Shown here: positions 29,081 through 38,146 of the stretch, piece after piece
How positions within the stretch are numbered: position 1 is the first letter of the stretch
How the letters are laid out: every line of letters starts with the position of its first letter
Assembly: GCA_965209155.1 (NCBI GenBank)
Contig: OZ242383.1
Location: forward strand, 576,001-640,000
DNA: 64,000 nucleotides
DNA from: a bacterium
Lineage (GTDB): Bacteria; SAR324; NAC60-12
Direction of reading: 5' to 3'
The notes under the pieces: model-generated
What the model saw: only the letters and a program-made list of their open reading frames with translations
Database searches by the model: none
Told to the model about the DNA's origin: nothing
Program-made: the position numbers and the translations under genes

Positions 29081-29237
29081 GCGAATCAGGAATTGAAATT
29101 TAATATATAAAATCAATAATTTAATAGTTATGATGTGTCATGCTGTTTCCGGATCATCCAGTATCCGAAATATCGCCCGTATCCCCCTGGATTCCTGGTC
29201 AAGCCAGGAATGACACGTTTTTTTATTCCTGATTCAC
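29081..29237. repeat. MITE-like element enclosing a TGTC-type REP doublet
   Basis: IR GAATCAGGAAT (29083-29093) and ATTCCTGATTC (29225-29235); inner TGTCATG..GGAATGACA at 29136-29215. Confidence 0.65.
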
Positions 29238-29393
29238 GTTTATTGATTTTATTGTCAATTTCGAGTTAAACGTTTCGACTATGGCAAATTCTTCTTAAAA
29301 TGGAAACTTTTTTATCTCAATTCTTGCGCTTTCTTTTACATTCGATTAAATTGAATGAGAATCAAGGGAGGTGCTTTTTGATTAAAAAACCTT

Positions 29394-29996
29394 CTAGAAT
29401 AAAGACATTTGCTCATTTTCTTTTTTGGGCTTTTCCAAGAACCAGGGAGTTCTGACTGATTTGATTCCATAGTGGGATTCATAGAAAAGCTCCCCATGGT
29501 CCAAAGCATATTGATGCAAATCACGCGTCACCGCAACGTCGTTTTTGCAATAGTTAATGATCATGTCGAGTTTGCCTTCTTTGTACCACTGTATCGCCTG
29601 CAGTCCTTCTGCCGACTTGCCAACCCCCAGGGTTGGACGAGCAATCGTATCCAGTTTAAGACGATGTCCCAAAATTTTCTTGAGCTCGATGAGCATATCC
29701 AGGTTGTTCAGTTCCACGAGTTGGGTATACAGGCGACGGCGTTCGTTCGTATTGGCGTGTCGTACTCCGGCAACTACGCGAAAATCAAACCCAACATGAT
29801 TGAAACCGACCACCAATTCGGCCTGTTTGCAATGTTCGATCAATTCATGTATCTGTTTTTCCAAATAGATATGAAATTGCGCGTCCGAATTATCCCACAA
29901 AATTCCAACCGACATCCCCATGTCTTCGATGTTGTTCCAACCTCCCACTTCGTCTGCAGAATATTTTGTCTCTAAATCAATGTAGACAATATGCAT
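29394..29996 (-). CDS. RNase H-like domain protein (YprB/DEAD-helicase-associated type)
   Basis: YIDLET, VGFN..FD and YCKNDV exonuclease motifs. Confidence 0.8.
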   Translation of the reverse strand: MHIVYIDLETKYSADEVGGWNNIEDMGMSVGILWDNSDAQFHIYLEKQIHELIEHCKQAELVVGFNHVGFDFRVVAGVRHANTNERRRLYTQLVELNNLDMLIELKKILGHRLKLDTIARPTLGVGKSAEGLQAIQWYKEGKLDMIINYCKNDVAVTRDLHQYALDHGELFYESHYGIKSVRTPWFLEKPKKENEQMSLF

Positions 29997-30028
29997 ATAC
30001 GATGGCCTTATGATATAACGTTAAGATT

Positions 30029-30712
30029 ATGGTGGATTATTATCAAATTTTGAAAATTTCACCCCAAGCGTCTTTTGATGAGGTCCGAAAAGCCTTCCGT
30101 CGCGAAGCAAAACGCTGTCATCCCGACTTGTATCACAATATCAACCCAGAAGAAAAGCAGAAGTTGCAAAAACAATTCATTATGCTGACAAAAGCCTATG
30201 AAACTTTGAGCGACTCTTCCCGGCGTCGCAGTTATGATCTTCAATTTCAAAGGTATTCGACCAAGAAACAATTCCAGGAAAAACCTCGTTCTTCCAATAG
30301 AACAAGCAGTTCCGCTTACCGGCAACCCTCCAGCGAACCTTTCACGGAAACGACTGACGATTCATTGGAAGATTTATTGGACGAGGTGGAGCAGTTGCTG
30401 GGCAAATTCGGACTGCAGTTCAAAGACCCGTTGGAGTTGCTGGTCAACTGGGCCTCGAAGGTTTTTCAAGATTTTGTCACTGCCTGGAAGGAAGAGGATG
30501 CGCAGCCTGCCAGGGAATCAAAACGTCCGGGGGAGAATAAAAAACGTTCCATCATGGATGAAATCGAAGCCGAGTTGAAAAATCTGAAACAACGCGCTTC
30601 TGCCACAAAAGGAAAAGCCCGGACAGTACGCCAGACGACGAAATCCTCTTCTTCATTCGAAATCGAACATGAATTGCAAGAATTGAAGAAGAAATACAAC
30701 AGGCCCTCGTAA
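30029..30712 (+). CDS. J-domain (DnaJ-like) protein
   Basis: DYYQIL, CHPD and AYETLSD motifs. Confidence 0.85.
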   Translation: MVDYYQILKISPQASFDEVRKAFRREAKRCHPDLYHNINPEEKQKLQKQFIMLTKAYETLSDSSRRRSYDLQFQRYSTKKQFQEKPRSSNRTSSSAYRQPSSEPFTETTDDSLEDLLDEVEQLLGKFGLQFKDPLELLVNWASKVFQDFVTAWKEEDAQPARESKRPGENKKRSIMDEIEAELKNLKQRASATKGKARTVRQTTKSSSSFEIEHELQELKKKYNRPS

Positions 30713-30808
30713 TTATGTACTTTTTCTTGATGGAAGTTTTTTGCAATAAAATAGAGGAGCGGGTATTGAACCTCCAATCCCCGGATCCGATTCGTCCACG
30801 GAAGTAAA

Positions 30809-31783
30809 ATGCTGGTCAAGGAATTCATCGAACCCATGAATTCGATGGCTGCGGTCAAAACTGCGGTTTTGATTCCCTGCCTCGATGAAGAATTAACAAT
30901 TGGTAAGGTGATCCGCGATTTTCAGCGACTATTACCGGGGGCGGATATTTACGTTTTTGACAACAACTGCACTGATCAAACGCCAGAGATCGCTCGTCGG
31001 GCAGGTGCGGTGGTGTACGAGGAAAAACGTCTTGGAAAAGGGCATGTCATTGCCTCCATGTTCAAAAAGATTCAAGCCGACATTTATTTATTGGTCGATG
31101 GTGACGATACCTATCCCGCCGAATTCGCTCCGTCTCTACTGGAGCCACTGATTACGGGGCAGGCAGACATGACTGTGGCAACTCGTTTGAGCGAGCACAC
31201 TGACAAATCCAAATCGTTTCGACGCTTTCACGTGTTTGGTAATAACTTGGTCAAATCTCTGGTCAATCGGATTTTTCAAAGCCATTTGAACGATATCATG
31301 TCGGGCTATCGTGGTCTTACCCGGGAATTCGTTGAAACGGTTCCGGTGCTTTCCTCCGGGTTTGAAGTGGAAACTGAACTCACCTTACGAGCGCTGGACC
31401 ATGGATTCACGATCAAAGAAATTCAGGTTCCGTACCGGGAACGTCCGGATGGTTCTTACTCGAAACTCCACACTTTCCGCGATGGTTACCGGGTTCTTAT
31501 TCAGATTTTGACGATTTCAAAAGTTTACAAACCTTTTACGTTTTTTGGTTTTATCGGATTGTTTTTTGGAGTCCTGGGATTGGGAAGCGGAGTGGAGGTT
31601 ATCATTGATTTCTTGGAAGACCGCTATGTCGATAAAGTCCCCACCGCCGTTCTCTCGTCGGCATGCATTCTGTTGAGTTTCGGTAGTTTTGGTATTGGTA
31701 TTATTTTGAATGCGCTCAATTACCGTTTTCGGGAATTGGTAAAAATTATTCAAAAAATTCGCTACTCGGACGGGAATCCCTGA
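30809..31783 (+). CDS. GT2 glycosyltransferase, DPM1-like with C-terminal TM helices
   Basis: IPCLDEE, VDGDDTY and GFEVETE motifs. Confidence 0.88.
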   Translation: MLVKEFIEPMNSMAAVKTAVLIPCLDEELTIGKVIRDFQRLLPGADIYVFDNNCTDQTPEIARRAGAVVYEEKRLGKGHVIASMFKKIQADIYLLVDGDDTYPAEFAPSLLEPLITGQADMTVATRLSEHTDKSKSFRRFHVFGNNLVKSLVNRIFQSHLNDIMSGYRGLTREFVETVPVLSSGFEVETELTLRALDHGFTIKEIQVPYRERPDGSYSKLHTFRDGYRVLIQILTISKVYKPFTFFGFIGLFFGVLGLGSGVEVIIDFLEDRYVDKVPTAVLSSACILLSFGSFGIGIILNALNYRFRELVKIIQKIRYSDGNP

Positions 31784-31825
31784 TCCCTGTTCGGCGCAAC
31801 GGCTAAAATAGGAGAGCGCTTGACT

Positions 31826-32206
31826 TCAGGGGAATATCCTTTCGATCTTTTTCTCCAGGATTTCAGCATTGAAAGGGTATACGACGTAATCACTCACTCC
31901 GGCTTTGACGGCAGCAATGATATTCCCCTGAATTGCTTCAACGATGATCATCAAAACGGGAATGGACTTCAAATTGGGATCAGCGCGTATATTCTTCAAT
32001 AGTTCGATTCCCGTCATCTTAGGCAGGTTCCAGTCGGTGACCACCAAATCGATTTTCTCGGAAGCAAGCTTGACCATTGCCGTTGTCCCGTCATCAGCTT
32101 CTATGATATTCTTGAAACCAAGCTGGTTTAATAAATTTTTCAGCAGTCGTCTCGCGGTAGAAGCATCATCGACAATCAAAATTTGCATGTCCTTGTCTGC
32201 TGGCAT
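31826..32206 (-). CDS. cheY: CheY-like response regulator (atypical)
   Basis: ILIVDD and TDWNLPKMTG motifs; close to CheY but the conserved Thr and Lys are substituted. Confidence 0.75.
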   Translation of the reverse strand: MPADKDMQILIVDDASTARRLLKNLLNQLGFKNIIEADDGTTAMVKLASEKIDLVVTDWNLPKMTGIELLKNIRADPNLKSIPVLMIIVEAIQGNIIAAVKAGVSDYVVYPFNAEILEKKIERIFP

Positions 32207-32289
32207 GAATATTTCTCCGAATCGCAGGTCATTTTCAAAGATCAGTCTTGTACTCGTACGCAGCGGCGAAAGTCCGTCCATACCCTCTA

Positions 32290-32339
32290 CGTCATTCCCG
32301 CAAAACTTGTCCCCGCGAAAGCGAGGAGCGGGAATCCAG
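32290..32339. repeat. CGTC-type REP-like palindrome
   Basis: CGTCATTCCCGC..GCGGGAATCCAG. Confidence 0.75.
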
Positions 32340-32423
32340 GTTTTGGTTGATTCCCTTGTTCAGTTTTAAAATAAGCGCGCTCCAATGATTTTTCAATCCA
32401 TTTTCCCTTTCTGAACATCCCCT

Positions 32424-34385
32424 ATGATCGCATTGTCGAATCTGACCATGCAATATGGTCAAAAGATATTATTTGAAAATGTTACCATGAAGCTCGACCC
32501 CGGCAAGCGCTACGGTATCGTCGGGGCGAATGGTTCCGGAAAGACGACGCTGCTGCGTCTGATTTCAGGAGAAGATCAACCTGTTGACGGGGAAATTTCA
32601 TTTTCCCAGGAGACGAAAATCGGCGCATTGCGTCAAGACCATTTTCAATACGAGCCCCAACGAGTGATTGACGTCATCCTGCAGGGGAAGCCTGTTTTGT
32701 GGGAAGCGCTCAATGAAAAAGAACAACTGTTACAGCCAGGAGTTTTGGAAGAAGAATCGGGTCAGCGTTTGGGAGAGTTGGAAGAAATTATCTCGCACCA
32801 GAACGGTTACAATGCGGAAGGTTTTGCCGCTGAATTGTTGTCGGGATTGGGAATTGCCTCGGACTACCACTTTGATCGGATGAGCAAGCTTTCGGGAGGA
32901 TTCAAGCTCCGGGTCCTGCTTGCCCAACTCTTGTTTCAGGAACCGGATGTTTTATTGCTGGATGAGCCGACGAACCATCTGGATATTGTCTCCATCGCCT
33001 GGTTGGAGAATTTTTTAAGCAATGTTTTTCCAAACACGATCCTGCTGGTCTCCCACGACCGGGATTTTCTGAATGCGGTGTGCCGGTATATTATCGACGT
33101 CGATTTCCAGACCATGGATCTTTACTCCGGAAATTACGATCAGTTCGTGAAAAACAAAGCGCTATTGATGGAGCAAAAACAAAAAGAACATCTCCGTCTG
33201 GAGAAAAAGCAAGCGGAAATGAAGTTATTCGTGGACCGTTTCCGTGCCAAAGCCACCAAAGCCCGACAAGCCCAGTCACGCCTTAAACAAATCGAACGAA
33301 TTCAGTTTCCTCCAATTAAAAAATCTTCCCGGGTGTCTCCCCAATTGCGGTTCACGCCAAAACGTCATTCTGGCAAGGAAGTGCTGCATCTGCGGGGAAT
33401 ATCCAAATCATATGATACTCATCGTGTTTTGCGCGATGTGAATTTCACAGCGATGCGTGGAGATAAAATTGCTGTCATTGGACAAAATGGAATAGGTAAA
33501 TCCACTTTGTTGAAAATCATAGTCGCTGAACTGGAAGCCGACGTTGGAACATGCGTCTGGGGATACGAAACCCATTGCTCTTATTTTGCGCAAGACCAAA
33601 GCGCAATCGTTGCGGGTCTCCGGTCTGCGGAAACGAAAAGCGTCTTTGAATGGCTCTATCAATTCGCTCCACAAGAAAGCATCGGGACGATACGAGGATT
33701 GCTGGCGAGGGTCTTGTTTTCCGGAGATGACGTTTATAAGGAGTTGGAAGCTCTCAGCGGAGGGGAAACAACACGCTTGATCTTCGCCAAAATGATGCTG
33801 GAACAAGGCAACGTCCTGGTCTTGGATGAACCTACCAATCACCTGGACCTTCATGGAGTGGAAGCGCTGGAATCCGCTTTGCGCGCATTTGAAGGGACAT
33901 TGTTGTTCGTAACGCATGACCGGCGTTTCGTCGCCAATGTGGCAACCCGGATTTTGGCGCTGACAACAGGGGGAGTACGAAATTTTGATGGCACGTACGC
34001 GGAGTACGTGAGTTATTATGACATCGATTACCTGGACCGCATTGCGGTTAACATCCGAGCGAAAAAAAAGCAAAAAAATTCAGGGGCATCTGCAAAAGCA
34101 GATACTGCAGCCGAGCGCCGGGAGTTGAAGAGATTGGTGAACCAAATCTCGAAGAAAAATATACAACTGGAAAAATCCATCGTATTGCAAGAAAATGAGA
34201 TTGCTGCAATTGATGCGCAATTCAGCGGCGCTGAATTCTATAAAAATACCACGCCAGAACAGATAAAGGCATTGCAGCAACGTAAAGAAGAGCTATCGGT
34301 CCAGCTTTCGGCAGATTTCCAAATGTGGGAAAAATTGCTCGGCGAACTCGAATCAATGCAAGCTCGCTTGATGGAAGCAGGTTAG
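32424..34385 (+). CDS. ABC-F family ATPase (YbiT-like)
   Basis: Two NBDs with DEPTNHLD, no TM segments. Confidence 0.9.
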   Translation: MIALSNLTMQYGQKILFENVTMKLDPGKRYGIVGANGSGKTTLLRLISGEDQPVDGEISFSQETKIGALRQDHFQYEPQRVIDVILQGKPVLWEALNEKEQLLQPGVLEEESGQRLGELEEIISHQNGYNAEGFAAELLSGLGIASDYHFDRMSKLSGGFKLRVLLAQLLFQEPDVLLLDEPTNHLDIVSIAWLENFLSNVFPNTILLVSHDRDFLNAVCRYIIDVDFQTMDLYSGNYDQFVKNKALLMEQKQKEHLRLEKKQAEMKLFVDRFRAKATKARQAQSRLKQIERIQFPPIKKSSRVSPQLRFTPKRHSGKEVLHLRGISKSYDTHRVLRDVNFTAMRGDKIAVIGQNGIGKSTLLKIIVAELEADVGTCVWGYETHCSYFAQDQSAIVAGLRSAETKSVFEWLYQFAPQESIGTIRGLLARVLFSGDDVYKELEALSGGETTRLIFAKMMLEQGNVLVLDEPTNHLDLHGVEALESALRAFEGTLLFVTHDRRFVANVATRILALTTGGVRNFDGTYAEYVSYYDIDYLDRIAVNIRAKKKQKNSGASAKADTAAERRELKRLVNQISKKNIQLEKSIVLQENEIAAIDAQFSGAEFYKNTTPEQIKALQQRKEELSVQLSADFQMWEKLLGELESMQARLMEAG

Positions 34386-34388
34386 GTT

Positions 34389-36155
34389 ATGCCACGTATC
34401 GTCTTACTCACAATCCCTCTTTTGCTGGCAGGACTGCTATGTGGGAGCATGGCCCACGGGGTCGAATTTATCGCGACTGTTGATAAAACCCATGGGTCCA
34501 TCGAGGACTTTTTCAGACTCACGCTCAGTATCAAAAACGTCAGCAACGTCAGCCGTCCCCAATTTCCTTCCTCTGAAGATTTCCGGGTTCAATACCAGGG
34601 GCAGTCTTCTCAAACCCAATGGATCAATGGCAAAACAAGCTCCCGGGTCGATTTCAAATATAACTTGATTCCTCTCAAGACCGGTCCATTGACCATCCCC
34701 GTCGTCTCTATCAACATACAAGGCCGGGAATACCGCACCGACCCCATTCACCTGAACATTTCCGAAGTATCTGAAACTCCCATTGAGCAGAAACTGGCAT
34801 TTGTTAAACATTTCCTTTCCCTCTCCCAAGCCTATCCGGGGCAGCAACTGCATTACACTTTCGAGTTGTACATCCGGCAGGGGCTTCAAGTCAGAAACCT
34901 GAATTTTTCACGTCCGGAATTCAGTGATTTCCTGGTGAAAGACTCCGTCCAAAAAGATTCGGTGATTAAAAATATCGAAGGGGTGCTTTTTGAAATTTAT
35001 ACAGTGCAACTGATCCTCTTTCCACAAAAGACAGGAAAGCTCACCATCCTTCCCGCCTCCTTGGAAGGACAACAACTGGCTGGAAAGTCGCAGAGGGGTT
35101 CGGCCTTAAAAAGTCTTCGCGATTCGTTTTTTGGTGAAGAACTCCAGCCTTTTCAACTGCGAACGAAACCATTGACGCTTGAGGTAATGCCAATTCCCTC
35201 TGACAACCAGCCCCTGGGTTTTTATGGATTGGTAGGAGAATTCAACCTGCAAGCCGAACTTTCGCAGTCTGAAATCAAAGTGGGAGAATCAGCAACCTTA
35301 ACGATCACTATCAGCGGAACCGGCCTGCCGGAAACGATTCAAAAGCCTGTTTTGATCCTGGAGGAGAGTCTGAAGATATATGAAGATCAGCCTCTGTTTG
35401 AAAGTGATCTGGAAGGGGATCAACAAATTGGAAAAGCCATTTTCGCAATGGCCATCGTTCCTTCCAAACCGGGAACCATTGCTTTTCCTCCTCTTTCAAT
35501 TTCTTTTTTCAATCCCGAAACCCGTTTATTTGAAACTGCCGATGTGCAGCTTGCTCCCATCTCCGTGGTCCCTGGAGAGGAACAAGAACTGAATGCCGCA
35601 GGAGGGACGCACCCGCCCCGAAAACACTTTGTGAAACGTTTGGGAGACGACCTCCTCCCGATCCACCAGGATATGGCGGCGTTGCAAAACAGTGGATGGG
35701 GGATGGCAGGATTGATATTTTATGGCTGCCTGTTCCTCCTGGGACCTTTGGGATTTGCAGGCGGGTGGCTTTGCAAATGGAAGATTGAACATTCGGCGGC
35801 GAATCACCACAAAATTCGCAGTCAGCAGGCATTTCCCACATTTCAGAAAACCATCGAGCAGCTTTATAAAAAGATGCCAGACAATCAGATATTCGCCGAA
35901 TCCTTGATGTTGGCATTGAAGAATTATGTAGGAGACAAGACCGGCAAAAACGGAGAAGCGCTGACCTCTCGCGAAATCAGTACGTGGTTGTCGTCAACGG
36001 AAACAGATGCGGACCTGGTCGAGCAATGGAACAATTTGTTGGAGCGTTGTGAAATGACCCAATATGCGGCAAACTCCCTAGCTGGAGTGGGGATAGAAAA
36101 AATTTACCGGACCAGCCGGGAAATCGTACAGCGTTTGGAGACACAGTTGAAATGA
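34389..36155 (+). CDS. BatD family protein
   Basis: Signal peptide, repeated Ig-like modules (SSQTQWING, GLVGEF), C-terminal TM helix. Confidence 0.75.
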   Translation: MPRIVLLTIPLLLAGLLCGSMAHGVEFIATVDKTHGSIEDFFRLTLSIKNVSNVSRPQFPSSEDFRVQYQGQSSQTQWINGKTSSRVDFKYNLIPLKTGPLTIPVVSINIQGREYRTDPIHLNISEVSETPIEQKLAFVKHFLSLSQAYPGQQLHYTFELYIRQGLQVRNLNFSRPEFSDFLVKDSVQKDSVIKNIEGVLFEIYTVQLILFPQKTGKLTILPASLEGQQLAGKSQRGSALKSLRDSFFGEELQPFQLRTKPLTLEVMPIPSDNQPLGFYGLVGEFNLQAELSQSEIKVGESATLTITISGTGLPETIQKPVLILEESLKIYEDQPLFESDLEGDQQIGKAIFAMAIVPSKPGTIAFPPLSISFFNPETRLFETADVQLAPISVVPGEEQELNAAGGTHPPRKHFVKRLGDDLLPIHQDMAALQNSGWGMAGLIFYGCLFLLGPLGFAGGWLCKWKIEHSAANHHKIRSQQAFPTFQKTIEQLYKKMPDNQIFAESLMLALKNYVGDKTGKNGEALTSREISTWLSSTETDADLVEQWNNLLERCEMTQYAANSLAGVGIEKIYRTSREIVQRLETQLK

Positions 36156-36985
36156 ACGTATCCTATCTTTGGTCCCGCCAGCCCTTTTTAATCCTCAGTA
36201 ACCTTCCCTGGATCAGAATTTTAACCACACTCGGTATTATTGGAACATTTTTCATCGTATCCGGTTTTCTGGAAAGAAATCAGGCTCAAGAGCAGCAAAG
36301 TATTTCCCATTGGCTTGCTGCCAACCAGGCATATGAAGAACAACGTTTTTTACTGGCAGCAAGCCACTATGAAACCCTGATTGCGCAAGGTCATGTCAAT
36401 GGCCATCTATACTACAACCTGGGCAATACCTATTTCCATTTGAATGATCTTGGAAAAGCCATTGGTTACTATTTGAAGGCCCTGCATTTTTTACCGCGTC
36501 ATGAAGACCTGATAGCAAACCTGAATTATGCACGCCAGCAAACAATCGATCGTCGCGAAAACCCCAAACTGTCCTGGAGGGAGGTACTCCGGGAATGGAG
36601 TAGTCCTTTGACCCTGCAAGAGTGGACCTTGATGTTGGTGTCGGCAAACGGAATCTTTTGGATAGGTGCGCTCCTTCGCCTTTTTTACCGGCGGGAAGTC
36701 ATTTCCTGGCTGATCTTTCTTTCTGGAGGATTGACTTTATTTTTACTCGCAGGGCTTTTTATCAAGTGGTGGGCACCGCTTCCCGTCGGAACGATTTTAC
36801 CCGAGACCAGCGCGGTTTATTCCGCCCCCCATTCACAATCCACAGTGCTTTTTCAGCTTCACGGAGGCACTGAAGTGATCATTGAAGAGGAAATGGAACA
36901 ATGGGTTAAAATTGAATTTGAACCAACTCAAAAAGGCTGGATTGAACAATCACGACTTTTCCTGGTCCATCCTGCCGGATTCTGA
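36152..36985 (+). CDS. BatE-like TPR + TM + SH3 protein
   Basis: LYYNLGN TPR; LFQLHGGTEV..KGWI SH3; overlaps the batD stop. Confidence 0.75.
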   Translation: MNVSYLWSRQPFLILSNLPWIRILTTLGIIGTFFIVSGFLERNQAQEQQSISHWLAANQAYEEQRFLLAASHYETLIAQGHVNGHLYYNLGNTYFHLNDLGKAIGYYLKALHFLPRHEDLIANLNYARQQTIDRRENPKLSWREVLREWSSPLTLQEWTLMLVSANGIFWIGALLRLFYRREVISWLIFLSGGLTLFLLAGLFIKWWAPLPVGTILPETSAVYSAPHSQSTVLFQLHGGTEVIIEEEMEQWVKIEFEPTQKGWIEQSRLFLVHPAGF

Positions 36986-37097
36986 TTCAACGGTGCGCTT
37001 CAGGCGTTGAATTCACTCGAACGAGTTCAGAAAAATTCATAGTCCGAATTCGAGATAAGCATTTAATAAATGAGGGGTAGCGCAGTTTTTTCGCTTA

Positions 37098-37199
37098 TGT
37101 CATTCCTGGCATGAGCAGGAATCCAGTGTATTGCCAATGTCATTCCTGGCATGAGCAGAAATCTAAGAGAGTGTCATTCCCGCGGAAGCAGGAACCCAG
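37098..37199. repeat. Three tandem TGTC-type REP units
   Basis: TGTCATTCC..GCAG(G/A)AA units at 37098, 37138 and 37172. Confidence 0.75.
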
Positions 37200-37210
37200 A
37201 GTTATGCAGA

Positions 37211-37642
37211 CTATCTTTTTTTCTTGCCCTCCCAGTGAAATCGTTTCGCTTCTGGTCTCGGAGACGGGGAATATGAGAGACCAGACTGTTGCATCGCATT
37301 TTTAGCCCGGCGTCCCACTGCTTGGTATTGTTGGTATAAACTTACCACCTGTTTATAATGACGGGCTCGCAAATTGATGATTTGTGACATCTGGTCGACT
37401 GGCGTAAAAAGGAAGCGAACGTCATGGGGCCCATGCTCAAAAATGAACCGGTTGAATACCGTTTTTTGAAATTCGTCCCTTTCCATTTCATCCAACACCT
37501 CCGGAAATTCGTCCATCATTTCTTCGAAAGTGCACGCTTGCAAACCATAAACGAGATATTTCATCAGTCCGATTTCCATCCGATACTGTTTGCAACAGTG
37601 CAGGCAAATGAACGATGAAATGATATGGACTTTAGCCGACAT
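37211..37642 (-). CDS. Hypothetical protein
   Basis: 143-aa ORF with CxxC; no recognised family. Confidence 0.5.
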   Translation of the reverse strand: MSAKVHIISSFICLHCCKQYRMEIGLMKYLVYGLQACTFEEMMDEFPEVLDEMERDEFQKTVFNRFIFEHGPHDVRFLFTPVDQMSQIINLRARHYKQVVSLYQQYQAVGRRAKNAMQQSGLSYSPSPRPEAKRFHWEGKKKR

Positions 37643-37820
37643 GTTTTTGTTTCAAGGACTTATGCAATTAATTCTTTTTTCTTTCCAGTATAAAATACGA
37701 TTGCCAAGTCTTCTATTGGTTATGACGCGAAATGACAAGCAATTCTTTGATACGCAGCAGTTTTTAATTTATTTCAACTCAACTTATTTCCTTCCATTTG
37801 AAAAAAACTTATAAATTTGC

Positions 37821-37849
37821 TTGCATCTTTGTTGATTCTGCGTTAATAT
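37821..37849 (+). promoter_or_regulatory. Candidate sigma70 promoter for rpoBC
   Basis: TTGCAT-N17-TAATAT with AT-rich upstream DNA. Confidence 0.5.
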
Positions 37850-38146
37850 AAAAGTCTTTTCTCGAAACTGTCATTCCATGATGAATCGTGAATTCCACTT
37901 CATCCGATACTCCCTCCTTTTTACAATTCTTGAGACGAGGATATATTTCTGTGCGACGCCAAAGAGGTTTTCTGAATTTTCAGCAACGATTTAAATTGTC
38001 GAGCACTTCGAAGCATAGAAGTTTATCGAAGATTTGGGTTTTCAAATATAGATTCAGGTGAAACAAGACCGAATTGCGTTCGTTTCGTTGAGAGGCGATA
38101 TCAACGTGACTCACTGATCGCGTAATCATTTAGCAAAAGAAGCATT

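Noticed and set aside
34389..36985. batDE without batABC as a novel system
   Set aside because: Split bat operons are unremarkable, and the partners may lie outside the window.
37098..37199. Three similar repeats resembling a mini CRISPR array
   Set aside because: Spacers are only about 6-11 bp, the units match the dispersed REP family, and there are no cas genes.
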